64,000 nucleotides of DNA, from the NCBI GenBank assembly GCA_951406725.2, contig OX597822.1:79236001-79300000 (forward strand), in the 5' to 3' direction. Below the pieces are notes generated by a model. The model saw only the letters and a program-made list of their open reading frames with translations, was not told where the DNA came from and ran no database searches. Every line of letters begins with the position of its first letter. Position 1 is the first letter of the stretch. This DNA is from Octopus vulgaris (taxonomy: Eukaryota). The translations under genes and the position numbers were made by a program. Of this stretch, positions 1-12,911 are shown in pieces.

Positions 1-364
1 GCCCAGTTCTGTACAGCTTAATCTCACAGATGCAATGTGTTAATCTGGCCCCCTGCTACAATACAATAAGCCTTATTAAAACGATTTAAGGTTTTGGATT
101 AACAGGAGTTGTGGTAGAGGGTGAAATATAAAGGTAGCAACAATAGAAATAACAACAACAAACACTAAAACTCCACCATGAACAACACTGAAAATAACAA
201 GTACAAGCAGAGCAAAAAGAACACCAGCAACAGCAACAAGAGCCAAGGAGGAAACCACTAATACATTCACTCAACTTGCTAGAAATATCATCCAGTTTCC
301 CTCAAATTACGACTAGCTAACTTAACAATAGAGGGCTACTCTAGATATAGTAAAAGCCGATATA

Positions 365-740
365 GGCACAGGGGTGGCTGTGTGGTAAGTAGCTTGCTTA
401 CCAACCACATGGTTTTGGGTTCACTCCTACTGCATGGCACCTTGAGCAAGTGTCTTCTACTATAACCTCACAGCAACCAAAGCCTTAGGAGTGGATTTGG
501 TTGATGGAAACTGAAAGAAGCACTTCATATATATGTGTGTGTGTTTGGCCTCTCCAACATCGCTTGACAACTGATGCTGGTGTGTTTACGTCCTTGTAAC
601 TTAGCAGTTCAGCAAAAGAGACTTACACAATGAGTACTGGGCTTACAAAGAATAAGTCTTGGGGTCGATTTGCTCAACTAAAGGCGGTGCTCCAGCATGG
701 CCACAGTCAAATGACTGAAACAAGTAAAAGAATAAAAGAA
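365..740 (+). mobile_element. tRNA-derived SINE (family A: tRNA head, CORE-like segment, (TG)n linker, LINE-type tail)
   Basis: A-box-like TGGCTGTGTGG and B-box-like GGTTCACTCC; CORE-like GGCACCTTGAGCAAGTGTC; tail GGCGGTGCTCCAGCATGGCC ending in A-rich repeats; the same head recurs many times in the window. Confidence 0.85.
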
Positions 741-1188
741 CAGTGAAGGCTAGAATACAAATGATCATAGAGCTAACTTGGGGTAGTTAGGCAACTGCAT
801 TATACTTATTGCATTCCACTAGATGAGCTAGCTATGGCTAGAATACTGTTGATCAAATGTCTGCTCAAATAGGGCTGACCTGGGGTTAAACAGAGCAATA
901 ACAACTACATCTACAAGAATAGTAACAACTGTAACAGCCACATCCATAAAAAGAAATACCGCAGGGTATTCTCTTGGAGAAGATCCATCCAACTTTTGCA
1001 AGCATAGTGTAACAGGTAGGAAAATAATACTCATGATGATATACTTTTCTATGCCTTTAGAGATTTAAAGATATTTTTATGACTGTCTGGAGTTCAAATT
1101 TACTGCAGATGTTTTATTTATTTGTGTCTGTGTGTGTACATTGTGTATACATGCATATACACACACACACTATATATATATATATATA

Positions 1189-1708
1189 GGCTTTCACTTT
1201 CCAGACACATGGCTTTGGTTCAATCTCACTGCATGGCACTTTGGTTAACAAAGTCTTGCAGTTCAATTTTCTAGAGAGAAACTGAAAGAAGCCCCATCAT
1301 GTATGTGTTTGTGTGTCTGTATATTGTCTTGATATTATGCAATAGTTGTAAATGAGTGTCATCATCATACAAGCTGTGTCATTTGTTTCTAATCTTTAGT
1401 GAAAGTACGTCTGCCCGTGGGAAGGTATGAAGTTGCATGGAAACAGTTAAGGGTTGGCAAAAGGAAGGGTATCAAATCAAAGAAAATTTGCCTCAACAAA
1501 TTCTGCTTCGCCTGTGCACGGATTAGTGGATGCTAAAATGATGATGACAGCAAACCTGGTCTTGGGGAAATGTTACCTTACTTGGAAACAGGTGAGAGTT
1601 AACAACAGGATGGGCATCAAGTTGAAGAAAATCCACCACGAGTTCTGTCTGACCCATGTGAGCATAGAAAAGTGGACATTAAATGATGATGGTGGTGATG
1701 GTGATGAT
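1189..1708 (+). mobile_element. degraded family-A SINE with RTE-type 3' tail
   Basis: GGTTCAATCTCACTGCATGGCAC head remnant, AACTGAAAGAAGCCC segment, tail ending AAAAGTGGACATTAAATGATGAT. Confidence 0.7.
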
Positions 1709-2556
1709 ATTCTTAATTTTACATAATTCATTACACCTAGAACAGAAATTACAGGCACATGGCATGACATTATCCTTTTTATCCTTCTATATCTGAGCTG
1801 GTAGAGTGTGATTTGAGTAAAATTTGGCTACTGTTTGTAGCAGGTCAATCATCCACAAAGAGGCTCCCTTGTCAGCTCTTGCAAATGATTAGGAGGTAGT
1901 TAAGAAGAGGTAACTGTCTTATGTAGGTTTAATTACATGAAAAGGTTGCTGTTATGAAGCATGTTTTAACCAACATCTTGTCACTACATCACACAAAACT
2001 TTCATAAACCACTATACAAGCCAATGAGGAAGCTGATATGTGGTTGCTTGATCTGCTCAAAATAAAAGCCAAACCTTGGTCAAATTACATCTTACTGCCT
2101 TAAGAAATGAATGTACTAAATATAGAAAAAGATGAGCTGGTCATGGCTGGTATGCCTATGATCATATATCATGTTAATCAAGCTTAAGAGTTAAGCAATA
2201 ACTACATTATACTTCACTACATCCACTTTTGAACAATGATGCACTCCAGTATTATACTACAATACATCTGCACAAAAAGACCACAATGACATGATGACGA
2301 TGGTGATGATGATTGTAATGGAGGTAGTAATCAATGCGGCAATAACTGATGGGAATGCTGGTAGAAATGAAGACAACAGCAATAATACTACTGATGATGA
2401 CAAAGATGACTGTTGCCAGACATCTTCCCACTAACAACAAAGATGGGTGATGATGATAATGATGACCGACCATGATAGAAAAACAAAATGCAACAATTAA
2501 ATCCTTGTAATCTTTAAATGTAGGTTGCCCAGAATTAACAGATTAACAACAACATG

Positions 2557-2558
<2 letters not shown>

Positions 2559-2628
<70 letters not shown>
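2559..2628. repeat. (AAT)n microsatellite
   Basis: uninterrupted AAT run. Confidence 0.97.
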
Positions 2629-2720
2629 CAATAAATAAAATAAATTTCTCAAGATTTGGATCTTAATGTTAAATCCAATGCAGCTGGGTCAAAAAATATA
2701 AATAACAGTATTAGCTCAAG

Positions 2721-2771
<51 letters not shown>

Positions 2772-3170
2772 TGTGTGAGTGTGTGTTTACAACCATATGC
2801 ACACATACATCTGTATGTGTGTATACAGCTGTATGCCTAAAATTTGTGCAGATCTGCAATGCTTTTCACAGAAAATGTATAATGGGTAATCCTTCAGTAC
2901 TAAGACATACCAGAACTCTTCTGCACTGATTTGTTTATGACCTAGTTACTTCTATCATACCACCTTAAGTGCATTTGTGGAAATGTTTATATAAACACAC
3001 ACACACACACAAACACGTACAAACAAAGGGTAAAAATAACAGCATACTGCATCTTTTGGGACAGCTGTTGTGTAATTTCCCTTCTCTGTTTGACAGTCTT
3101 TATTCACTTCAAAACCTAACTTTTCTAGTACCAGCTCCTTTTTTTACGAATAGGAAACTTTACAACATAT

Positions 3171-3362
3171 TATTTACATTATTTACATTTGACAGATATT
3201 TGTCCTCATCTTGTTTGTTGTTAACACAATGTTTTGGCTGATATACCCTCCAGCCTTCATCAGGTGTCTTGGGGAAATTTCGAACCTGATGAGGACAAAT
3301 ATCCGTCAAATGTAAATAATGTACTGTACGTAATTCCTCATCTCTTAAATATAGAACTGAAC
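3171..3362 (-). mobile_element. short fold-back Penelope-like (non-autonomous) insertion carrying a decayed hammerhead ribozyme
   Basis: 11-bp flanking direct repeat TTACAACATAT (3160-3170, 3363-3373); 36-bp inverted arms 3175-3210 and 3288-3323 (35/36); minus strand reads GACAC-CTGATGA-A-GGCTG..CAGCC-AAAA-CATT-GTGTT. Confidence 0.7.
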
Positions 3363-3489
3363 TTACAACATATATTCAGTATTTGAAGCAGAGGAACAGC
3401 ATCTGCCATTGTTTTGACTAAGTTCGGCATGCTCACTACCAACAATAGCTCCCATTAGAAACTACAGGTAAACCACAGAAACTAAATAG

Positions 3490-3575
3490 CAGAAGTGGAC
3501 TAGTCAGTGGAGAAAATACATGTCCAGATTATCACACTACACTCAACAGGATATAATCACAGTCAAATTGAGCAG
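3490..3575 (+). mobile_element. possible Tc1-type transposase N-terminal HTH remnant
   Basis: translation HVQIITLHSTGYNHSQI resembles the first helix-turn-helix of Tc1 transposases; short and isolated. Confidence 0.3.
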
Positions 3576-4160
3576 TATGGTTATCAGCTAACCAGTGGTA
3601 TAGTATATCTAGGAACGACAGATCTGCAATCTTGCCTAGTCATTCAGCTAAAATCTTTTGTGCTATATAACTGTTCAATCAGAACTAACCTGGGTCACAC
3701 AATGACAATATATCATCACATTATAACCATTTTACATCTGCTTTTCATGCTGGCATGGATTGGGGTAGTTGTCATGGTCCAAGATAGTCCTTCCAAGATG
3801 GGTTGAAGAAACAGATCTTACTTGTATGGTTCAATTTTGTTTGTTTTCTTTGGATGGGTACTCTTCTCAACATCAACCACTTTAAAGAGTGTACAGAGTG
3901 CATTTTATCAGAATCCAGTGAATTTCTCTACAACAATTCATCTACAGTAATTTATCTAGATACAATTCATCTGCACCCACCCACATAAACAACCACACAC
4001 ACATACAACCACACACACGAATTGTTGTAGACAAATTCATCTGGAACCCATTCTATCATAGTACCAGCACTAACGAGGCTGTCATATCTTCAATGAGATT
4101 AGAGGTCTTCTCTGCATTATGTTATCTTTACTTATTTACCAACCACTTTACAGATTGTTC

Positions 4161-4390
4161 TCATCATCATTGTTTTTGTGTGGATTTTTGCATGCTTACA
4201 TGGATCAAACTGAATTTATTGAGGTGGCTTTTCTACAGCCAGATGCTCTTCCTGTTGCCAACCTTCACCTGTTTCCAAGTATGATATTATTTCCTTATGA
4301 CCAGAAATGTTTTCACAGATGACTAGAATTGAAAGACATCACTCGCATGATTGCAAAACTCATTTACAACTATTATCTGATGTCAAGACT

Positions 4391-4425
<35 letters not shown>

Positions 4426-4587
4426 TATGCACGACTGACTGCTTTCAGTTTCACACTACCAAATCCACTCACAATGTTTTGACCAGTTCAGAGCAACAGT
4501 AGAAGACATTTGTCCAAGGTGCCATGTAATGGAACTGAACCTGAAACCATATAGCTTAAGAATCAAACTTCTTACCACACAGTTGTG
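4161..4587 (-). mobile_element. family-A SINE with RTE-type tail
   Basis: reverse complement of the head (CTTCTTACCACACAG, CCAAGGTGCCATG), (CA)n linker and (CAT)n tail. Confidence 0.8.
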
Positions 4588-4695
4588 ACAGAGCTGGATG
4601 CAAAATAATGTATATAGAGTGGTCACAGATGGGCTGCATCTGATCATATGCTTGCCTTATCAAGGCAGGATCTAAACAACAAAAGCACAGCATAT

Positions 4696-4990
4696 ATCAT
4701 CATTATTTAACATCCATTTTCGATGCTTGCATAGGTCGGACAGTTTGACAGGAACTGGTCAGTTGGAGGGCTGCACCAGGCTCCAGTCATCTGTTTCGGC
4801 ATGGTTTCTATGGCTGGATACTCTTCTAAACACCAATTACTTTACAGAGTATACTGGATGCTTTTTACACATTGCCAGCATGGGTGGTTATTCTATGTGG
4901 CACTGGCACAAGTACTTATTTTAATATGGTGCTGGCAAAAGTGCTTTTTGACATGGCACCAGCACAAGTGCTTTTTTGTGTGGAACCAGT
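4696..4990 (-). mobile_element. RTE-LINE 3' UTR/tail fragment
   Basis: CATCATTATTTAACATCCATTTT..GCATAGGTCGGAC matches the tail of the RTE at 13691; degenerate TGGCAC tandem units follow. Confidence 0.65.
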
Positions 4991-5641
4991 ACAGATACTT
5001 TTTTATACATGTATAATTTTGTGTTTAAAGCAATAAACATGCTTAATACACACTGATTTCAAGGTGTAAGTGTATTTGTAATAGTTGTAAACCCCAGGTT
5101 AGTCCAGGTCTAGTAGACCTATGATTAAAGGTTTTCAAAGCATTTACCATTCCAATTTTTTTTTCTAGCATAGCAAATCTTGTAGCACCCAGGGTAAGAG
5201 TTAGAAATGGAAACATCTGAAGCAGCTCTCATCCAAACTGAGAATGTAATTTAACAAAGACTACATAATCCACATTTTAACATTAAGCATGGAGTGTAAA
5301 AGCTGCAGAGACAAAGGTCAAGAGAGGTAGAGAAAGAAATGTCCCACCTCTGATACTGTAGTTTCCAAGAGAGAAGAGAACTTTAAGGTTGATTAGTGGA
5401 AAGGTAGATGGGAAACGTTAAATATTTTCCTTCAATTTCCTAAGCCACCACTATTACTATTATCACCCCCCCCCCCAACAAACTCAAATCCAACCCACCT
5501 CTTTCTCCCACTCTGAACGTGAACATGGCACAATGTAATCACATAAAACAAATGTTTTAAAACAGACATTACTGTAAGAAGAAACTAGAATAAACATTAG
5601 GGAAGTAGTAGAGGCAACAGTGGTAGTAGGAGGAGAAATAC

Positions 5642-5663
5642 TAGTAGTAGTAGCGGCGGCGGC

Positions 5664-5749
<86 letters not shown>

Positions 5750-5765
5750 CAGTAGCAGTAGTAGT

Positions 5766-5833
<68 letters not shown>

Positions 5834-5868
5834 CAGCAGCAGCAACAGCAGTAGCAGTAACAGCAGCA
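5642..5868. repeat. compound trinucleotide microsatellite (TAG)n/(CGG)n/(CAG)n
   Basis: directly visible; source of the poly-L/T/V/A ORFs. Confidence 0.97.
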
Positions 5869-6514
5869 ATTGTTTGCATTTGGGGCCCAGGTTAACTTTA
5901 ATCAGACTGAAAAGCATTACAACCACGACCATCCTGCTGGTTTTTCTTCTTTCTTTTTTTCTTCTTTTTTTTGATAGAGTAATATTTAGGATCACATTAT
6001 CAAAATGTTTGACTTTTAAGATAGAAGTGTGATTTGAGGGAGATTTGGCAGCTCTTGCTAGCATGACAAATGACATATAACAAACAATAAATGGAAAGGC
6101 TCCTTCAGAAGATTATGCTAATAAAAGAAAGAAAAAAGAAATGAAGAAAGTAAAGTAAAGGCTTGAAAGAAGAAGAAAACAATGAGTAACTACAAACATA
6201 ACAACAATAGAAACAAGAAAAGAAAACTAGCTTTATGTGTTACCATAACGATATTTCAAAGGGGATAATTACAGTTATAACTCATAGATATCTTAACAAC
6301 TATAGGTAATAAAACACCAAAGAATGAGAGTATGTGTATGTGTATGTACCTGCTTTAACATTGCCTTTGCTTTCTTTTTAATCACCATGAGGTATATATT
6401 ATTCAGAAGGCAGGAGGGGGGGGCATATAGAAAGAGAATTCTAATGCTCCTGTGTATTAATGTTGTGTGGACATACACACACACACATTTTTATGATTAT
6501 AAACATGCACACTG

Positions 6515-6965
6515 TAATTTAAGAGCAAGAGACAGCTTGCTCGTGGATTGCACAAGAGAAAGCTAACTACAAAATACAATTGAACAAAAGAGACAGTGGA
6601 GCCCCTCAAACCACTAAACATGTAACTGAAAATGTCCAATATGTCATATATGTGCAGGAAACATTACAGATGTGACCAGCAGCTACCTCAGAAATGTCAT
6701 CACTGTGGCATGATGTTGTTGCTAAAACAGCAAACAAAGGAAGGATTGCCCTAGGACAAATAATGAAAAGAGAACTGTGACATAGCATACATTTACAAGC
6801 TACAATACAAGGATTTTGATGGAACATATCTATCAATATTTCTGCCAAATGCAAATACAATAGGATGTATGCAGTGTCTGTGATAGGAAACATAAACTAT
6901 GCATAGTTGTGGAGATCAGCTGCCCAGGAGTTGGAAACATCATTAAATACAGAAAAAGAGACCAG
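6515..6965 (+). mobile_element. degraded R4/Dong-like non-LTR retrotransposon, zinc-knuckle and restriction-like endonuclease region
   Basis: frameshifted translation CHICA/ETLQ..HDVVAKT..WNISINISAKCKYNR..CDRKHKLCIVVEISCPGVGNI fits the CCHC knuckle followed by the NRPD..(D/E)xxCP RLE motif. Confidence 0.7.
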
Positions 6966-7067
6966 AGTGAGAGTGTGTATGTGCACTTTTCCAAGGTACC
7001 ATCAAATGGTCTAAAAATGATATCACATGGCTGGGAAGCAAACTTCATAGCTAACACGCAGAGCATG

Positions 7068-7155
7068 CACATACAAACACACATACATACAAACACACAC
7101 ACATACATACAAACACACACACATACATACAAACAAACACACATACATACAAACA

Positions 7156-7193
<38 letters not shown>

Positions 7194-7243
7194 TACATAC
7201 AAACACACATACATACATACAAACACACATACATACATACATA

Positions 7244-7297
<54 letters not shown>

Positions 7298-7353
7298 TAC
7301 ATACATACATACATACATACATACATACATACATACATACATACATACATACA
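7068..7353. repeat. compound (CA)n/(CATA)n microsatellite
   Basis: directly visible. Confidence 0.95.
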
Positions 7354-9022
7354 TCAAATTCTTGTCTCATTAATCTCCCAGTGCAAGTTAAAATATTAAT
7401 TTTCCAGAGAAAAATACCAATACATTTGTAACTGACAATATATGAAAAGGCTACATTAGTATGTACTGAAATGATTTGACCAAATATAATAATCTGCTTG
7501 TAATAAAAACTGGTTTTGAATTTCACATGGTGTGTTTTAAGTAGTTTACAATATTTCAAGGGAATATTTATTATTATCATACAATAAAAGAAGAAAAAAA
7601 ATTAAGGAAATACATTAATGTGGGACTGGTGCAATTAGTAGAGATGGAAAAGTAAAATTCCAGGCCTTGCGCCCATAGTAGAAAGGATTATTATTATTAT
7701 TATTATTAAGGGGCATAAGAAAACTTATGACATGAAATAAGATAACCTTATGAATGAGTGAATGAAGGTGTATGTGTAAGGATGGATACATGTATGTAAC
7801 ACACACACACACACACACATATATGTATATATAAAATTAAATGTATGCATGATCCATGTTGTAAACCATAGTTTTGCACTTATCTAACTGGAATTTTAAC
7901 CCTGCAACAAACTGGGTCCTGTTTAGAAAGAAATGTAATCTCAGTCACTTATCCGGCATGGAAACTGGGTTACGCTCCTGCTTTATGAGTGCTTCGGCTC
8001 ATGCCAGACCTAGCTGGAACATTACATAGGAGCTTATCTATTCTAGTTCATAGTCTGATGTTTTTTGACATGCACTATAAACATCAGCAACACAACATAG
8101 TGCTGCTATTGTAACATAATGTAATATATCCACATACACATTCATGATCAGTTAATAACTGCTTTCTATGCTGGAATTGGTAGGATAATTTGACAGGAAC
8201 TAGTGAGCTGTAAGGCCTTGTTGCACCAATGTCATTTTGGTGTGGTTGGTTGGTTGGTTGGTTGCCCTTCCTAATACCAACCACTTTACAGAATGCACCA
8301 GGTGCTTTTTTCATGCAATCAGCACAAGTAAGGTTGCCATGTAACTTGCACGACAAAAAGAACAGAGAAAAAGGAAAAGAAGCTCTTACTACTAAGAAAA
8401 GGCATTTGGGAATGGAAAGTGAGTGGCTTTATGCCTGGTGTTGAAAGGCTACAGTATGATAGGGGTAAGGCACAAATGTTATGTAGGATATACATGGCTG
8501 AAGGAGACAAAATGAATGTAGTGATGGGGTGCTAGAGCAAACTCTCAAAGTACAAGAGAGTGAGCATAAGAAAAGATACAAACAGTGAGTCATGGTAGGG
8601 GATAAGAGAGTGGACGCTTTCATAAGAGTGTCAGTAGGGAGTAAACAGGTGGAGGTTGAATGTAGTGAGTGATGAATAGGAGTATAGTTGTAGATGATGG
8701 GAAATACCAGTATTTCCCATAACAAGAAAAGGTAGATGGGAGATATAGGAGTAGCTCAGGAAGGAGAATAGGACAGAAAGTAGTGAGATGACAGGCAAGG
8801 TGGAGAAGCAGTGGAGAGGGAGATATAGAGGTACATAAGGGGCTATATAGTAAGTGGGGTATGACTGTAGATATGAGAGGGCATTGAGAATGATAGATAA
8901 GAAAGGTATTTAAGATAGAGTACAGCAAAGGAAAGAGAGTGTAGTGGCTGAAGGCACCAAAAGGAGGTGTAGTATAGATGTATACATGTATATTTACGTG
9001 TGTGTATAATTTAGAACATGAC

Positions 9023-9068
<46 letters not shown>

Positions 9069-9917
9069 AAGAAGTGTTTAAGATATATTATATTTGTTGT
9101 AATGAAAATCATAAGAATAAATATAGCTTGAATAACTATAGATATGGTCATAAAATGCCCACTGAACTATTTTCTTTCTTAGTCACTAATCATCATGCTG
9201 CACTGACTTTTTGAGACCAAATACTTCGGTGTTCCATTCCAATACAAATAATAATATTACAAATTTGATGAAAATTTCCAAATACATTCTAATAGATATA
9301 TAGAATATTCTTCAACTATTGGGGAGAAAAAGACAAAAAAAACCCTTTCTTAGTTATAGCCCTAAAGAATGTGTAAGCATGAGACTTTTTTAACTGCTAA
9401 AACCATATACCTATAATTATTTGACCTCTAACTTTAGCATGGTTGATCATTTCAGAGCTCTGCTGAGAATATCTGTATGTCAATGCAAAGTCAATGCAAT
9501 GTCTATGAGGTTAATTCCAAGATGCGCTGACTGAATCTAAATATATTGAAGACTTCTGTTTCTATATGCATTTGAGAATACAGTGGTAACTAGGTTATAA
9601 AATAGAAACCATAAAATTCTTGTATCTACTCATTTTAAACATTTTATTGAAAGACAGAGAAAGTTACAATCTTCACAGAGCACTTCTTACATACATCAAC
9701 CATTTTATATATGGAAATTGCAGTTATCAAAGAGTATAAAAAAGTAGAATAAAAGATACAACCTTGGTACCAATCAACCTATATTCATCCCTAGATACAT
9801 GTTAGTTATCACCACATATTTCCATTACAAGTGTCGGTATACACATATTAAACACATATATAACAGATTAGATACTTTCAGTACAAGTGCATATCAAAAT
9901 ATAAGAACATGAATCAC

Positions 9918-10255
9918 CTGGTTCCCAATTTGATCCTGAAGTGCAACCTTTGGGTTGAATTTGGTAGATGGAAACTAAAAGAAGTCAGTCATAGACAAAT
10001 AGGTGTGTGTGTGTGTGTGTGTTAATGTCTCCATGTCTTGGCATCACATAAGAGTTGTAAATGAGTGTTGTTGTCACAAGCATTGTCATTTTTTATTTCC
10101 AATATTCTGTAAGAACATGTCTGGGCATGGGGATTACCTTACTTGGAAACAAATGAGAATTGACAACAGGAAGGGCATCCAACCAAAGAAAATCTGCCTC
10201 AATAAATTCTGTCTGGGTCATGCAAACAAGGAAAAGTGGACACTGAAATGATGAT
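9918..10255 (+). mobile_element. degraded family-A SINE with RTE-type tail
   Basis: TTTGGTAGATGGAAACTAAAAGAAG, (TG)n linker, tail GGAAAAGTGGACACTGAAATGATGAT. Confidence 0.7.
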
Positions 10256-10269
10256 CATATTATATATTA

Positions 10270-10308
<39 letters not shown>

Positions 10309-12412
10309 TATATAGTTGGTATGTGCATGCCTTGACCAATGACATTAGCATCAGATGTTTCAACTCAAAATTGAAACCAAATTGCTGGCAAGCTTATACT
10401 GATTCTACACCTTATGTCTAAGTGTGTGCATGCAAAACTTATTTGTATATGTTGGCAGTAGCCCAAGCCTATGAGCCAAAAGGGAGAAATGTGTTTCTAA
10501 AAGTGGCTGACTGTGTGATAGAGATCTGAATGATAGGGATGTGGTTTCAAAGGGGAAGAGGGGAATCAGTGTGTCTGTAGAGTATGGTGTGGATATGAAG
10601 ACATATGAAAAGACTTCCTCCGCCACCTCTATCCAAACTCCACACAGCAGCTAGTAATATTATAATCATCATCATCAAGGTAATAACAATCACATTTCCA
10701 GGAAACACTAACACCACCATTACCACCTAACTGTGAAGTAAAGTGCAACTAACAGGGTAGGAAGTCTCACTAGAAAGTCTCTCTTCTTTTCGTAGCATCA
10801 TTCCTAATAATGCAACAAAGTTTAAAAAAGGAAAAATACAAACCAACAAACATAACCCGACTCTGTTCTCAGCAAGAAGTCATCATTTATGGAAGCAAAT
10901 CCTAGCAAAATTTAAGATTCTTTTATAAGCAGAAAATATATATGTACAGCGGTCTGCATGTGTGTGTGTATGTGTGTGTGAGAGAGAGAGAGAGAGAGAA
11001 AATATATGTGTGCATGTATCATTCAGATGATGATGACGATCAGATACACACATATACAAATGTATGTGTCTGTCGGTGTGCAATCGCGTGTCTGTGTGTG
11101 TATGTTATATATAGGATATATATAAATAAGATACAAAAAATATTTTAAAATAAGCTATATAAAAATATAAAAGAAACATAAAACAAGATTGGAAACTAAA
11201 TCAAAATAGAAAATAAAACAATAAAAATATATACAAACAGGAAGATTATCCCAGTTTATTGATTGATGATGTCTTTCCTTGTGGCTTGTGAGAATGCCCC
11301 CTGGAGAGAACAAGAAAATGATGAACCCAGAATAGAAGAGCTAAATCTATTTCATTAAGCTGAATCCATGCTTCTGGCATAAGTGTAATGGAGTGGGGAG
11401 TGGGGGTAGAGGAAGCAAGGTCGGTGCTGGCTGTTTTTGGACACAGAAGTTATACCTGAGGTATTGGTGTTGTTGAGGTAATGGTGGGGTTGATAGCGAT
11501 GACAACAAAGAGGACAATGATTCTTCATAAAAAGCTATTATTAGAAAGAAAGTGATGATGGTACTTGGCAGCATTGATGATAGCAATCACCACCCTCAAT
11601 CAAGTTTTAAAAATAATGATGATAAAGAACAACAACAATGAAAATTGTTGGGATGATGATGATGATGATGATGATGATGCCAGTGATGCTCCAAATCTTC
11701 TCCTCCAACATCCCTTCCCTTGCTCGGAAATATTCTCTAATCAATAGTAAACAAAAGCAACGTCGGAAGTTACAGCCCTCCTGTCTCATTTCTTTTCTCC
11801 AACACAAGATTTCCGGACACATAAAGTGAAATTGTAGTAAAAGTCAACTACCAAAATCAAAAATAAACCAATAGCTTGCTTGTAAAGAAATAAGAGCTTC
11901 TCTTTCCTCCATCTCACTTCTCTTCTTCCCCCTGTGGGGTGTAAATACAATAAAGTAAACAATAACAAATCACCCCACCCCACCCCACCCTGCAAGATTT
12001 TAATTCTGTTTCCATTGCCACCATCACACCCTTTATAAATCTTGCCACTAATGTCCGATGCATTAGCCTTTTTATTCCTCACTTCTACAACACCACTCAG
12101 GAAAGTTGAGAAGAGGAAAGACAAGGGAAAATGGACCACACTGGATATCAGTTTCAAGCTGAGAATGTAAACCTGATAAATTTGTTATTTGGCACCAATG
12201 CTGACATGTTCTTATAGCCAGTTAGCAAAATACTTTTCTTGTCCTTGCTGACACTCATCACACTACCCCACCCAAGGCCCACACATGTACACACATCCAA
12301 AATTGCAAACTCAGCTCTTTAAATATCACACAATAATGAAAAGATGAACTTGATCAGTAACAAAATTAAATGTGATCTGGCACTCAAATCATTTAATTAT
12401 GTGCACATGTGC

Positions 12413-12425
12413 ATCTATCTATCTA

Positions 12426-12464
<39 letters not shown>

Positions 12465-12566
12465 ATCTATATATACATCTATCTATATCTATATATACAT
12501 CTATCTATCTATCTATCTATCTATCTATATCTATATATACATCTATCTATCTATATCTATATATAC

Positions 12567-12628
<62 letters not shown>

Positions 12629-12799
12629 ATCTATATATACATCAATATATCTATATCTACATCTATCTATCTATCTATATCTACATCTATCTATCTATCT
12701 ATCTATATATACATCTATCTATCTATCTATATATACATCTATCTATCTATATATATATATATATACATCTATCTATCTATATATATATACATATATATA
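12413..12799. repeat. (TCTA)n/(TA)n compound microsatellite
   Basis: directly visible. Confidence 0.97.
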
Positions 12800-12911
12800 G
12801 CCAGGTGGTGCTGTTAAGTCAGACATGGCCTGGGCCAATACTGGCCAAAACCTTTCTAAGTTATTCTAAGTTATATATATATATATATATATACACATAT
12901 ATATATACACG

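Noticed and set aside
3286-3312. Second hammerhead on the plus strand (CTGATGA-GGA..TCC)
   Set aside because: Followed by GTCAAA rather than GAAA; the motif is created by the junction of the inverted arm.
5484-6076. Long poly-Leu/Thr/Val/Ala ORFs
   Set aside because: Read-through of a compound trinucleotide microsatellite with no gene context.
6833-7580. Overlapping 99-185 aa ORFs on both strands
   Set aside because: Stop-free (CA)n/(CATA)n repeats; the same applies to 12344-12981, 26663-27011 and 38808-39179.
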